Shown here: in pieces, positions 1 to 10,539 of the stretch
Layout: each line of letters opens with the position of its first letter
Numbering within the stretch: position 1 is the first letter of the stretch
Assembly: GCF_004010195.1 (NCBI RefSeq)
Contig: NC_057720.1
Span: forward strand, 8,783,512-8,803,511
DNA: 20,000 nt
Direction: 5' to 3'
Source of the DNA: Chiloscyllium plagiosum
Lineage: Eukaryota
The notes under the pieces: generated by a model
Database searches by the model: none
Seen by the model: the letters and a program-made list of their open reading frames with translations, nothing else
What the model was told of the DNA's origin: nothing
Program-made: the position numbers and the translations under genes

Positions 1-10
1 CTGCTTGATA

Positions 11-199
11 AATGAGTCCTGCTTGTTTAACTATTTTGCTGAATGATTCCAGTGTCTTTGACTTTATTAAAACAGTCTCTGTTTTCAGCACAGTTTTACT
101 GAATGATTCCTACACCATGATTTTCTCAAATAAATGAATCCCACCTTTGTTGCAGCACTTACGAAGATTTCCTGCTTTGTTTGAGGCCTGGATGAATCC
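11..199. repeat. Highly degenerate ~30-bp periodic motif
   Basis: ATGA(G/T/A)TCC-like motif at about 11, 42, 102, 133, 164 and 191. Confidence 0.45.
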
Positions 200-679
200 C
201 TTGCCCCATGAGACTTAGACTTTTAATGTGTCCAATGTTATCACTTTAATTACTGGCTTTGCGATCTCCCTTGGTCTGAGACCTTGAATTAATATTTATT
301 TTGCAGCCCTTATGTTTTCATAACTGTGCCTCCGGGTGCTCTCTCGCTATGTCAGTGACACCAGGCCTGAGCTGTAAGTGATATTTTTAACATCTTGCTT
401 TTCATATCTGGATTGCTGTGCTGCAATCAAGTTTCCCCTGGCCACTATTAAACTTTACTTCCATTGTTTGTTTTCTCATGATTGAACTCTGATTTGGGAC
501 CACTCCGACAGATCACGACCTCACACTTCAGCACCTATCTTCTTCAGAGTTACCGGTACTCCTTCTCCAGGGAGTTGCCAACTTTCCTCATCCAGCTCAT
601 GCCCAACCACATTTGAAATGCTTTTACTGTATACTGGAGTTTGTTCCAGGATTGCCATGATGGTTTCCTCTGTGAGGCT

Positions 680-1140
680 CATAGAACCATAGAATTTTAC
701 AATACAGAACGAGGATATTCAACTCACTCCTAAAAAGCAACCTAATTACTCCCATTTTCCAACCTTATCCCCGTACTCCCCCAAATTCAACACTTGCAAA
801 TAAATATCCAGCTCTCCTTTGAAGCCTCCTATGGAAGCCACCTCCACCACACTGTCAGACAGCACCTTCCAAATCCGAACAACTCTCTGAGCAAAGAAGT
901 TTCTCCTCATCTCACTCCCAGCTCTCTTGCTGACAATCTTGAAATTGTGCCGCCTAGTTACTGACACACCAATGAGTGGAAACAGAATGTCCTTTTTTTC
1001 CCTGTCAAAATTATTCATAATTTTGAACACCTCGGAAAGGTCATCTCATGCTTTTCCGTGCTCCACAGAGAATAAACTCCATTTCTCTAGTTCTACCTTG
1101 CACCTAAGATCACTTATTCTTGGCATCATTCTAGTAAGTC
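680..1140 (-). mobile_element. CR1-clade LINE 3' fragment
   Basis: ORF 746-1030 RRNFFAQRVVRIWKVLSDSVVEVASIGGFKGELDIYL is a CR1 ORF2 C-terminus; TTCTATG tail repeats at 680-695. Confidence 0.88.
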
Positions 1141-1339
1141 ATCTTCTTAAATGTTTAGCTGTCTCCTGCTACTTACTGTGTTGTATAAGGGGACAGTGTA
1201 AAACGGAGTCTGAAGATCTCACACTGCTCTTCACTGTGTGATGAATGGGCAATCAAATCAAATCTAACCCCCTGCTCACCATGCTGTCTTGCCATGACAG
1301 CTCACTACACAGAGAGAGGTGCTGCTCAGGATGAAGGTG

Positions 1340-1930
1340 GATTTGATTTGATTTATTCGTTCATTGTCACGTGTACCAAAGTACAGTGAAAAGCTTTGTT
1401 TACGAGCAGATCATTGTAAGCAAGGATGTACGGAACAAAAGATTTAGACAAAGGCATACAGGTAACATTGCACAGGGTGTACAAGAGATCAACCTTAGCA
1501 AGATCAGCAATATTTGAGGCTGGAGAATCCAATCAATAAGCTATTAACGTCAAGGAAAAAGCTGCCTCTGAACCTACTGGTTGTATGTTTAGGCTTCTGT
1601 ACTTTCTGCCTGACAGAGGAGATTGTTGGAGAACATTACCGGGGTGCAATGGGTCATGGAAGATGTTAGCAGCCTTTCCACAGCAATGAACCGTGTAAAT
1701 AGAGTCCATGGGTGGAAGGTTGGCTTCCATGATGGTCTGGGCTGTGCACGCCATTTTCTGTATTTTCTTACAGTCCTGGCCAGGGCAATTGCTGTACCAG
1801 GCCTATGTACCCGGACAGTATACTCTCAATGTTGCATCTGCAGAAGTTGGTGAGGGTCCTTATAGACATGCCAAATTTCCTGAGTCACCTGAGGAAGAAA
1901 AGATGTTGTTGTGCCTTCTTGACCGTCACC
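1340..1930 (-). mobile_element. Rex1/Babar-type LINE 3' fragment
   Basis: AQTIMEANLPPMDSIYTVHCCGKAANIFHDPLHPGN...SGRKYRSL resembles the Rex/Babar RT C-terminus (DPxHP...SGRRYRS); AATAAA(TCAAA)n tail. Confidence 0.8.
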
Positions 1931-2319
1931 ATCTCTTGCTGTTGGATACTGCAGAGCCTGCTTGGATCCAGTGCAGGTGAGGAAAACCACCTCTCGGTCT
2001 AACTAGATGAAGATACAGTTTATCACATGTTCACAGCTAGTTACAGGTTACATTGATTTAATAGACATAGTTATGGAGACTTTGAGGAAGACCAGATGTT
2101 AAGACTCACTCCTTTGAGATTATAAACTATTCTGCCCATAAGTCCATGTGACATGATCTAAGTGGGTGGTGCTTATGGCACTCCTCAATATTAACCATTT
2201 CAAACTGTTATCTTTTTCTCTCATTAGTCAATTCATAACCAAACTGTGCTGGAAGCTCAAAGTACACTTCTGAGTACCATGCGTTATATTAATAAGCTGG
2301 TCCTAGGTCTTTTCAGACA

Positions 2320-2712
2320 GAGAGAACAACTGCACATACCATACCCACTTCAACTCAACAGAACACGTGACAGCTATTCTGTTGTTTATTGCTCAGGGTA
2401 ATGCCTCAATCAGTGAGAATCAACCTGCTTGGTTTAAAATTTAAACAAGATTAACAGTTAACTCTCAGTCATTAGGAAGTATGCATTCATTGTACTGTGG
2501 CAGGTAGCCCATGCAGACATGGAGAGAATGTGCAAACTCTACACAGACAGTCACCTGAGGATGGAATTGAACCTGGGTCCCTGCCGCTGTGAGGCAGCAA
2601 TACTAACCACTATACCACCCTAATTGTTGCAGTTGCTTCAAATTTGGCATTCCTGAATTCATCCGGATGGATGCAAGATGAATAGTTTAGCAACATGTTT
2701 CTCTTGTTAGCA
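2320..2712 (+). mobile_element. Old Penelope-like 3' end, interrupted by a SINE fragment
   Basis: ...aatttggcattcctgaattcatCCGGATGGatgcaagatGAATagtttagcaacatg resembles a recalled shark repeat ending in a hammerhead core. Highly decayed. Confidence 0.35.
2505..2620 (-). mobile_element. HE1-like SINE 5' fragment
   Basis: Matches 4176-4287. Confidence 0.85.
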
Positions 2713-2717
2713 GTGAA

Positions 2718-3903
2718 ATGCATCAATATAAATCTCATGCATGATGGATGGAGGAATTACCCAAACAAACCCATTTTGACTACGACTTGCAGAGTGACTA
2801 AATTCAACTTTCATTTCGGTTTGTTTGAAATTAGAGTGTGTTTTTTAAATAATAAAATGCTGAGAGTGCTGAAAATATTTTAAACAGGCAAGCAATTCCG
2901 ATGTTTAAAATAACAGAGTTAGATTTCCTGCCTTGGTGCTTGAGGTTGGAGATGTGAAGGATCATGGATTCCTCAGTCATTACAAATGGATAGTTGGGAA
3001 TGAGACTATCCTCTGACATGTGATACCGCTCTGTGCCTGGAAAACTGAGACAGGATAATGCCAACAGAAAATAAAACGCGTTGCGGCTAAACATTAAAGG
3101 CAATTGCACCCAATGATGAATCGCAGAAGATTTGTTAAGAAGGCATGGGCAGGAAATATTTCTAAGCGATGTTTATTAAAATATAGCAACCAAATTGTAC
3201 AGCTAGAGTGTATCGTTTACCACTTAGTGCCAAAAAAAATAAAGTCACTGAATTAAATCTATTAAGTTTACTTTATTCCTGAATATATTTATATTAGAAG
3301 GCAGTTTCATTATGTTGGAACAATACTAGCATATCAGCAGTTTAAAGTATATTTGTTTAAACTTCATCAAACACAGCATGCTTTATTAAAGTATAGCCGT
3401 TGCTGGAAACCAGAAGAGTTCCAACACAGAAGATGACTGTTTTTAGGTTCAGACGCAGATTGGGTCATGGGAGAGCTCAGACGAATGGTCTTAGCTCAGT
3501 CACTGGGAGGCCCTGGTCCTGCAGCTGACAAGATGTGTGCAGGAGACAGTGTGTGTCCAGCATTGAATAATCAGCTCAAGAAGGTGAGGTCTGGGCTGGA
3601 GATCCAATCCCAAACAATAGGTGACTTCCATAAGTTGCCAGTAGGTGAGGGCTGGTTCATAAAGGGTTAACGCTTAAAATGTAACGATTTAGTCCACATC
3701 AGTAACGACGTAAGTGATTACATGATAGCAAAGAGATTGGTTACAATGCAGAGGGAGGCCATTTAACCCATCATGTATGCACTGTCTCTCTGTGAGATAT
3801 TTGAAATAAAAGTTGAATTTAGTCACTCTGCAAATCATAGCCAAAATGGATTTGTTTGGGGAATTCCTCCATCCATCATGCATGGGACTTAACAATGATT
3901 CAT
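2718..3903. repeat. Inverted repeat pair of ~100 bp (2718-2817 and 3803-3903)
   Basis: catgcatgatggatggaggaatt...gcagagtgactaaattcaacttt occurs on both strands; also visible as twin MHDGWRN...CRVTKFNF peptides in the ORF track. Confidence 0.9.
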
Positions 3904-3984
3904 GTTAACTCAATGCCAATCTCATACTTTTGCCCCATAACTCTACACATTATTTCTATTTACGTAGTCATCCCAACACCCTCT
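3730..3984 (-). mobile_element. CR1-like 3' UTR fragment interrupted by a ~100-bp insertion
   Basis: ttacaatgcagagggaggccattt...ctctctgtgag resumes as aactcaatgccaatctc...ttttgccccataac after 3903; resembles the other CR1 tails here. Confidence 0.55.
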
Positions 3985-4296
3985 TTAGATTAGATTAGAT
4001 TACATTACAGTGTGGAAACAGGCCCTTCGGCCCAACAAGTCCACGCCGAAGCGAAACCCACCCATACCCCTACATTTACCCCTTACCTAACACTACGGGC
4101 AATTTAGGATGGCCAATTCACCTGACCCTGCACATCTTTTGGACTGTGGGAGGAAACCGGAGCACCCGGAGGAAACCCACGCAGACACGGGGAGAATGTG
4201 CAAACTCCACACAGTCAGTCGCCTGAGGCGGGAATTGAACTCGGGTCTCAGGCGCTGTGAGGCAGCAGTGCTAACCACTGTGCCACCGTGCCGCCC
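3985..4296 (-). mobile_element. HE1-like tRNA-derived SINE, full length, CpG-rich (young)
   Basis: Minus strand starts GGGCGGCACGGTGGCACAGTGGTTAGCACTGCTGCC (A box), B box GAGTTCAATTCC, ends in a (AATCT)n tail. Confidence 0.92.
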
Positions 4297-4539
4297 ACTA
4301 AGGATGCTAAACCTGCTGTTATATCTCCTCTCTCTATGTTTCTTTTCTAATATTACAGTCCTCCATTCTGATTCTGCCTGTGTTGTCCTTTTCCATTGTG
4401 AAGATTAACACAAAATATTCACCTAGGATTGTACGCAAGGCTTCCAGGTCGATGCATGGATTATGCAGATTAATTTAGGATATCAGATTGGCATGGACAA
4501 CTTGGACTACAGAATCTCTTTCTGTACCATACATCTCTA

Positions 4540-4868
4540 GGGCAGCACGGGGGCTCAGTGGTTAGCATTACTGCCTTACAGCACCAGGGACCTGGATTCA
4601 ATTCCTGCCTTGAGTGACTGTCTGTGTGGAATTTGGACATTTTCCTGTGTCTGTGTGTGTTTACTGCCAGGTGCTCCAGTTTCTTCCCACAGTCCAAAGA
4701 TGTACAGGTCAGATGAGTTGGCCATGATAATTTGCCCATAGTGTTAGGTGCATTAGTCAGGGGTAAATATAGGGTAAGGGAATGGGTCTGGGTTGGTTCG
4801 TCTTCAGAGGTCAGTGTGGACTTGTTGGGCCAAAGGGCCTGTTTTCATACTGTAGGGAACCTAATCTA
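4540..4868 (+). mobile_element. HE1-like SINE, full length
   Basis: GGGCAGCACGGGGGCTCAGTGGTTAGC...GGATTCAATTCC...GGGCCAAAGGGCCTGTTTTCATACTGTAGG; homologous to 3985-4296. Confidence 0.9.
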
Positions 4869-5277
4869 GTATATGCGTTTTGCTTAAAGCCTAGTTGGGT
4901 AACCAATTGAATGGCATCTGGAACGCAACACCTTTAAATAAGAAAATGCTGAGGAGTGAGGCTATCTCCTTGGCATATTTAAAGTGGGTTTGGTCTGATC
5001 CATAACATCGTCCATATGTAATTAAGGTCTGACTCCGTCAACAGGACATCAATTAGAGGTTGGTTCTTGTCTGAGTGAAGACGCAGCTGTGACTGCTCTG
5101 TTAACATGAACCAGCTTTTGTAAAGGTGACCTCTGTCCCATCAGTTCTGGGATGATACATTTGAACTTGAAACTGCAGTCACCAGAAATGATATAAAGCT
5201 CAAAAGGATTAAGTTATGAGGATGCATGTAAAAATTATTCTCCTATTCTCTCAAGGCTAAGGTTTCTTTAAAATTAC

Positions 5278-5515
5278 TTTCCATCCATTTTTGGAATGTG
5301 AGTGTAGCTGGTAAGGACAATATTAGTTACGCATCCTCAAACGGTCTACATAATATGGACTGAGCCACCTCCTTGAATTGTAGCAGTCCCTCTGGGAAAG
5401 ATTGACCTCCATTGAAGTTAGAAAGGAAGTTTCAGGTCTTTAACCCAGCAACGGTAATGGAACAACAATATAGTCCCAGGACAGGATGATGTTTAGCTTA
5501 GAGGAGAGCTCATGT
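5278..5515 (-). mobile_element. Old LINE 3' end sharing its tail with the second SINE family
   Basis: ccatccatttttggaatgtgagtgtagctggtaaggacaatatt... resembles the tail at 9310-9363, then continues as different sequence. Confidence 0.5.
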
Positions 5516-5794
5516 TGCCAGATGGAGAGTGGGTTTTTCATGCACCCACCCTCAACGACTGGTGTGGCAAGCATGGAAAATGTATTGCCTGGCTTACCTC
5601 ACCACCCTCCCACCCATTACTAATCGGTTCCTATGTTGGAGGTGTGGAGGGAGATGTGAGTGATTGATCCAGTAGTGCCCAAGCAGATTGACTAGTGGCA
5701 CTTGAGGTTGGGAATTACTCTCACTGATGGAAGTCTGACTTCTGCCTTGCCATTAGCTGCCCAGAGCATCATGAAGCAAATGAATGGTTTTCAA

Positions 5795-6365
5795 TAGAGT
5801 CATGGAGTCCTACAGCATGAAGGCAGGCCCTTTGGCTCAAACTAGTCTGTGCCAACCAAAGTGTGCACCTATGCTAACCCCATTTCCGTGCACCTAGCTC
5901 ATATCCTTCTAATCCTTTCCTATCCATGCATTTGTCCAAATGCCTCTTAGATGTTTTAATGTACCCATCTCAGCAACTTCTGCTGGCAGCTCATTCCACA
6001 TGCATACCACCCTCTGTGCCCCTCAGGTTCCCTTTTTTTTTTCCCCTTAAACTTTAAACTGATGCTCTCTAGTCTGCAATTCCCCGACCTTGGGAAAAAG
6101 ATTGAGTGCATTCACCCTACCCATACTTCTCATGGTCTTATACACTTCTATAAGATCCCCCCTAAGTCTTCTATGCTCTGAAGAAAACAACCTCTCCCTA
6201 AAGCTCAGAGCTTTGAGTCCTGGCAACATCCTTGTAAATTTCTTCTGTACTCTTTCCAGTTTAATGACATCCTTCCTATAGCAAGGTGACAATACTCGCT
6301 CCAAGCGCGGCCTCACCAATATCCTATACAATGGCAACATAAGTTCCCAACTTCAATACTCAAAG
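5795..6365 (-). mobile_element. CR1-clade LINE 3' fragment
   Basis: LPLYRILVRPRLE...KDVIKLERVQKKFTRMLPGL...RRLRGDLIEVYK. Confidence 0.92.
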
Positions 6366-7023
6366 TCAGTCAATTTGGAGCTGATTTTCCTTCCACGTCT
6401 GGGGAGTGGAGTGCTGAGTAGAATGCTCCATTGTAAAATTGAGCCCTTTATAGGTGAGTTCTCCCTGTGCTTCCGTATTGTCTTTAAACAATTTCAAAAC
6501 TGGCTCATTTTCTTTTCTTTATCTGTGACTACTTTGAGGCTTTGGCTGAAAAACATCATTCTATCTATGCACAAACTCTCGGTGACCCCTGGTCTCTCCT
6601 TCTCTGCTCATATTAAGCTCAACTCAGGAAGCATTTTACATTATGATTATCTCTCCAGGTAGCATCTCTCACTGTTTTTCTTAAGTCACATAATTTCTGA
6701 GAAATGTTGGTTTGAATTCACTGTTCAAAAGCAACTTTCTGACCGTTAATTAAAATAAGACATTCATAGCACTGAAAATCAAAACCTGTTTACTTCTATT
6801 TTAGAATTCAAATTCTACAAATAACAAAAATATAGATTACTTAATTTCATTTTTTGTATGTTAATAAATCTCAGCCAGTGCTTTGATTGGATCTTACCTG
6901 AATTGATTTGACTGGGGAAAGATGCTAATTGCACTTGTAAATGCAGGAGTCTCATAAAATAAATCAGAAAATAAGATTGGCTTCAACAGAATGATTCACC
7001 GCAACTTGATGGCCAAATGGATG

Positions 7024-7258
7024 CAGAAATTGCTGGAGAAACTCAATGGATCTAACAGCATCTCGAGAGAGAAAGCAGAGTTAACATTCTGAGTACAGCG
7101 ACTCTTCTTCAGAACTTAAAGGAGCTCTGATGAAGAGCCACTGGGCTTGAAAGATTCATTCTGATCTCTCTCCACAGATGTTGCCAGACCTGCTGAGTTT
7201 CTCCAGCAATTTCTGTTTTTGTTCCAAATTTCCAGCATCCGCAGTTCTTTTTTTTATT
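7024..7258. mobile_element. Inverted pair of Penelope pLTR-like units forming a hairpin
   Basis: Arm 7024-7116 is the diverged reverse complement of 7123-7215 with a 6-nt loop. Possible TSD CAAATGGAT (7014-7022) / CAAATGAAT (7262-7270). Confidence 0.8.
7123..7165 (+). ncRNA. Minimal hammerhead ribozyme-like motif (probably degenerate)
   Basis: CTGATGA (7127-7133), stem II GAGCC-ACTG-GGCTT, then GAAA (7149-7152). The stem III / cleavage region has drifted (GAAAGATTC). Confidence 0.65.
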
Positions 7259-7312
7259 GAACAAATGAATTACTCTTTTAACTACAACAGTGGCAAGACT
7301 TTCTCTGCAATA

Positions 7313-7640
7313 ATTAGAATTAGAATCCCTACAGTATGGAAACAGGCCCTTGGCCCAACAGGTCCACACCAACCCTCCAAAGAGTAACCCACCCAGACCC
7401 ATTCCCCTACCCACTATTTATCCCTAACTAATGCACCTACACTACAAATCCTAGAACACTACCACCAATCTAGCATGGCCAATTCACCTACCTGCCTATC
7501 TTTGGACTGTGGGAGGAAACCCATGCAGGTACGGGGAGAGTGTGCAAACTCCACACTGACAGTCACCCAAGGCTGGAATTGAACCTGGGTCCCTGGCGCT
7601 GTGAGGCAGCAGTGCTGAACCACTGAGCCACCATGCTGGC
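7313..7640 (-). mobile_element. HE1-like SINE
   Basis: Homologous to 3985-4296 along its length, with a TTAGAA tail repeat. Confidence 0.9.
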
Positions 7641-8307
7641 CTAATGGGGTTAGATACAAGACCATTCATCATTTTGTTGCAAGATAGAGCAGACTTGCAA
7701 AGCCAAATAGTTCACCTCTGCTCTCTGGTGTTCATCTGATTACAATTGACATGTGAGTTGATGAGAATAATTCAGGAATGGAAGGTGGTGTCATTAATGA
7801 AGAGACAGTTGACAATGTGAAGCATATTGTATTCTCTTGGGTGATCATTTCTGGAATGAATTTCAGATTCAAAATGCGGTTGGATCTGAAGGAACACCAG
7901 GCAAATAAGGACAATATTTGACTTTTATATATTTCTCAGACATCAGCTAGAAAATATCTTCAATGTTGGTTATGTTACGCTGAGCTTTATTCACACCTTC
8001 TGACCAGCAGAGGCAATTTAACCTGTGAGATCTGTGAAGAAATCCATAAATGCTTACGGCTTAGTGTTGTAATTTCATCTGTACAGTCACACATGTTGTT
8101 TGAAATAACTTTCAGATACATTGGGAAAATAAGCCAAATCCCCCATAATACCGAGGAGATCATGGCAACTGGCAGACATTCAAGGGAGAAACCAAAAAGT
8201 CTTGCATTTGGAGAGCACCATCTGTATCCCCATGCCAATGAAATACTGTGAGGCCAGATGAAATTTCACAGCCAGAAACTTCCAAACAACTATGACGACA
8301 TACAGGG

Positions 8308-8408
8308 AAAAGAAATCAAATAATTGCAGATGCTGGCAATCAGAAACAAAAACAAATTGCTGGAAAAACTCAGCAGGTCTTGAAGCATCAGTGAAGAGAA
8401 AGCAGAGT
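8308..8408 (-). mobile_element. Penelope pLTR-like fragment
   Basis: Reverse complement matches 7158-7258 (ctctgctttctc...gatgc...gacctgctgagtttttccagcaattt...ccagcatctgca). Confidence 0.75.
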
Positions 8409-8556
8409 ACATTACCCTTCCTCAAAGCAGACGCACATGTTTGTTTTTAGAGACGTTGATTGAGAACATCAGGAGACCAAGAAAACCAGGTTCCGCCTTC
8501 AACTCGGTGGCAAAGGACATTTTGCATGTTCCTTTGTGTCATAGATTTTTTTTTGT

Positions 8557-8857
8557 GATTCCCTACAGTATGGAAATAGGCCCTTCAGCCGAAGCAGTCC
8601 ACACCAACCCTCTGAAGAGTAACCCACCTAGACTTGTTTTGCTTTGCTAACTCAGCTAACACTATGTTAATATATAACTAATGGGCAATTTAGCATGGCC
8701 AATTCACCTGGCCTACACATCTTTGGACTGTGGGAAGAAACCCACGCAGACATGGGGAGAATGTACAAACTCCACACAGATAGCCACCTGAGGCTGGGAT
8801 CAAACCTGGGACCCTGGTGCTGTGAGGCTGCAGTGCTAACCATTGAGCCACCATGCC
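8557..8857 (-). mobile_element. HE1-like SINE
   Basis: Homologous to the other HE1-like copies. Confidence 0.88.
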
Positions 8858-9302
8858 AGGATAGGGCATTGTTTTCATGTCCAATCTTGAAATGAGGAAG
8901 CACTTTCTGAAACACTGGACAGCGGAGGTGTGGATTATTTTGCCCCCCCTCCCTATCCCATGAACGTTTGTGGATGTTGAGATCAAATGAAATTCCATGA
9001 GTGAGACTGACAGATTCAGTGGATCGTGGGTTTGAAAAGTCACGTGATATGGGTCAGTAATCGGTAAGTGGGCAGTGTGGGTGGCAGCTGGTGGTCAATG
9101 GCAGTAAAAGCTGCTTGTGGCTTGCCCCAGAGTGAGGGACAGTGGTCAGCTGATGGTCCAGGAAGTCCCCTGCATTACTGCCATCGTGAGCTGCATGGGG
9201 ATGTCAGTTAGCACCAAGTGGGACTTCTAACGCTCAGCAAAGGAGATCCTACCTTCACATTGGCTCACAGATCCTCCAGTCTAATGCAATAACATTCAAT
9301 TC

Positions 9303-9640
9303 TTTTTTTATTCATTCACGGGATGAGAGTGTTACTGGCCAGGCAGCATTTATTGCCCATCCCTATGCTAGAAGGCTGTTAAGAGTCAACCACATTGCTG
9401 TGGGTCTGGAGTCACATGTAGGCCAGACCAGGTAAGGATGGCAGTCTCCTTCCCTAAAGGACATTAGTGAACCTGAGGGATATTTTCCAACAATCAACAA
9501 TGGATTCATGATCATCATTAGATTCTTAATTCCACATACTTATTGAAATCAAATTCCGTTACCTACTGTCGCGGGATTCGAACCCAGGTCCCAGAACATT
9601 ATCTGGGTCACTAAGCTAACGGTTCAGTGATAATACCACT
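9303..9640 (-). mobile_element. tRNA-derived SINE, second family
   Basis: Minus-strand B box GGGTTCGAATCCC and A-rich TGAATGAATAAAA tail; homologous to 17218-17559 and 19211-19620. Confidence 0.85.
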
Positions 9641-9663
9641 CTGTTTTTGTCTCCCCAGGATTG

Positions 9664-10370
9664 TGTTTCAACATGGGGTAAACTCTCCTGCTTAATTTAA
9701 ACCAGCAACACAGAAAAGATTTATCCCGTGTAGTAATCTGCGAAAAATTAAGAGGCCAAGAACTATTTAAAGTAAAAATTAACAACTTTATTTCTTAAGG
9801 TATAACAGAGAATAATTAACTAATGACTATTTACAACTCCTTCCTCTAACCTATCTTTTGCCCTCTCCTTCTACAATGCTACTCCAATAAAACCCCTCAA
9901 TTGAGATTACCAAAAATTCAAGTTTTTAAAAATAGCCAGATGTTGAATCTTCTCTTCCACAGTCTTCATTTCTTCTTCTTTGGGATTTCTGTTTGACAGG
10001 TTACTGATCGATAAAGGGACCTTTAAGAAAGCTGTTCTCTGGGCAATCTGCAGATACTGGTGGCTTGGCAGTTCTCCCTCAACTGTTCAGATTATCCCGG
10101 TCTTTTAACCCCAAAACATCAAATTGTGTCATTGGTTTTTGCGATTGTTAATACACTAAATTCAAACTTGATTGGAGTTTGGTATTTTGGGGTATAATTT
10201 AAACTGATTGGCCAAATTTGAATTTATTTTGTTGTCTCCAGGCAACTCAGCTAATTTAGCTTTCAACCAAGTGGTATATTGTTACCTCATTCAGAACACT
10301 TGGTGCTGTGTCAGGTAGCTGCTAGCTTTTAACTCTCTTAAAGGTACAGTACACCCACATCTACATAACA
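9664..10370 (-). repeat. 3' LTR (~707 bp)
   Basis: Termini TGTTT...TAACA. Hand count gives about 16 mismatches in 165 aligned bases (9676-9840 vs 15405-15569). Minus-strand AATAAA at 9787-9792. Confidence 0.92.
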
Positions 10371-10382
10371 CTACCTCCTTTA
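10371..10382 (-). promoter_or_regulatory. Polypurine tract
   Basis: Minus strand AAAGGAGGTAG directly abuts the TGTTATG start of the 3' LTR and is preceded by a T-run. Confidence 0.75.
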
Positions 10383-10539
10383 AGAAAAAAATGAACCATC
10401 ATAATGAAAAGATGGCTTCATTTTTTTTCTATTCTTCAAACACATTAACCTATCATACAGATAACTTTCATCTAAGTTCACCTTAACTTCTTCCCATATA
10501 ACTGTACAAATCTCATCTAAACATTATCAGTTAAATCCA

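Noticed and set aside
11..199. CRISPR-like repeat-spacer array
   Set aside because: The motif is only ~9 bp and degenerate, the context is a vertebrate genome, and there are no cas genes.
1250..1354. Inverted AATCAAATCAAATC / GATTTGATTTGATT pair
   Set aside because: The right copy is the simple-repeat tail of the Rex/Babar LINE; a short pentamer-repeat match is not enough to call an element.
2718..3903. MITE or DNA transposon bounded by ~100-bp TIRs
   Set aside because: No TSD seen, and the right arm interrupts a LINE tail that appears to continue across it; kept instead as an inverted duplication.
4225..4296. tRNA-like A and B boxes (also 4540-4610 and 9570-9640)
   Set aside because: SINE heads continuous with SINE bodies, not tRNA genes.
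4093..4739. ORFs such as MVSTAASQR..., MANSPDPAHLLDCGRKPEH... and similar ones at 7459, 8667-9043 and 16659-16950
   Set aside because: Chance translations of HE1 SINE copies; they recur only because the SINE recurs.
7860..8300. Possible host exons or ORFs (7987-8238 minus; YIGKISQIPHNTEE... plus)
   Set aside because: No recognisable protein similarity and no convincing paired splice sites.
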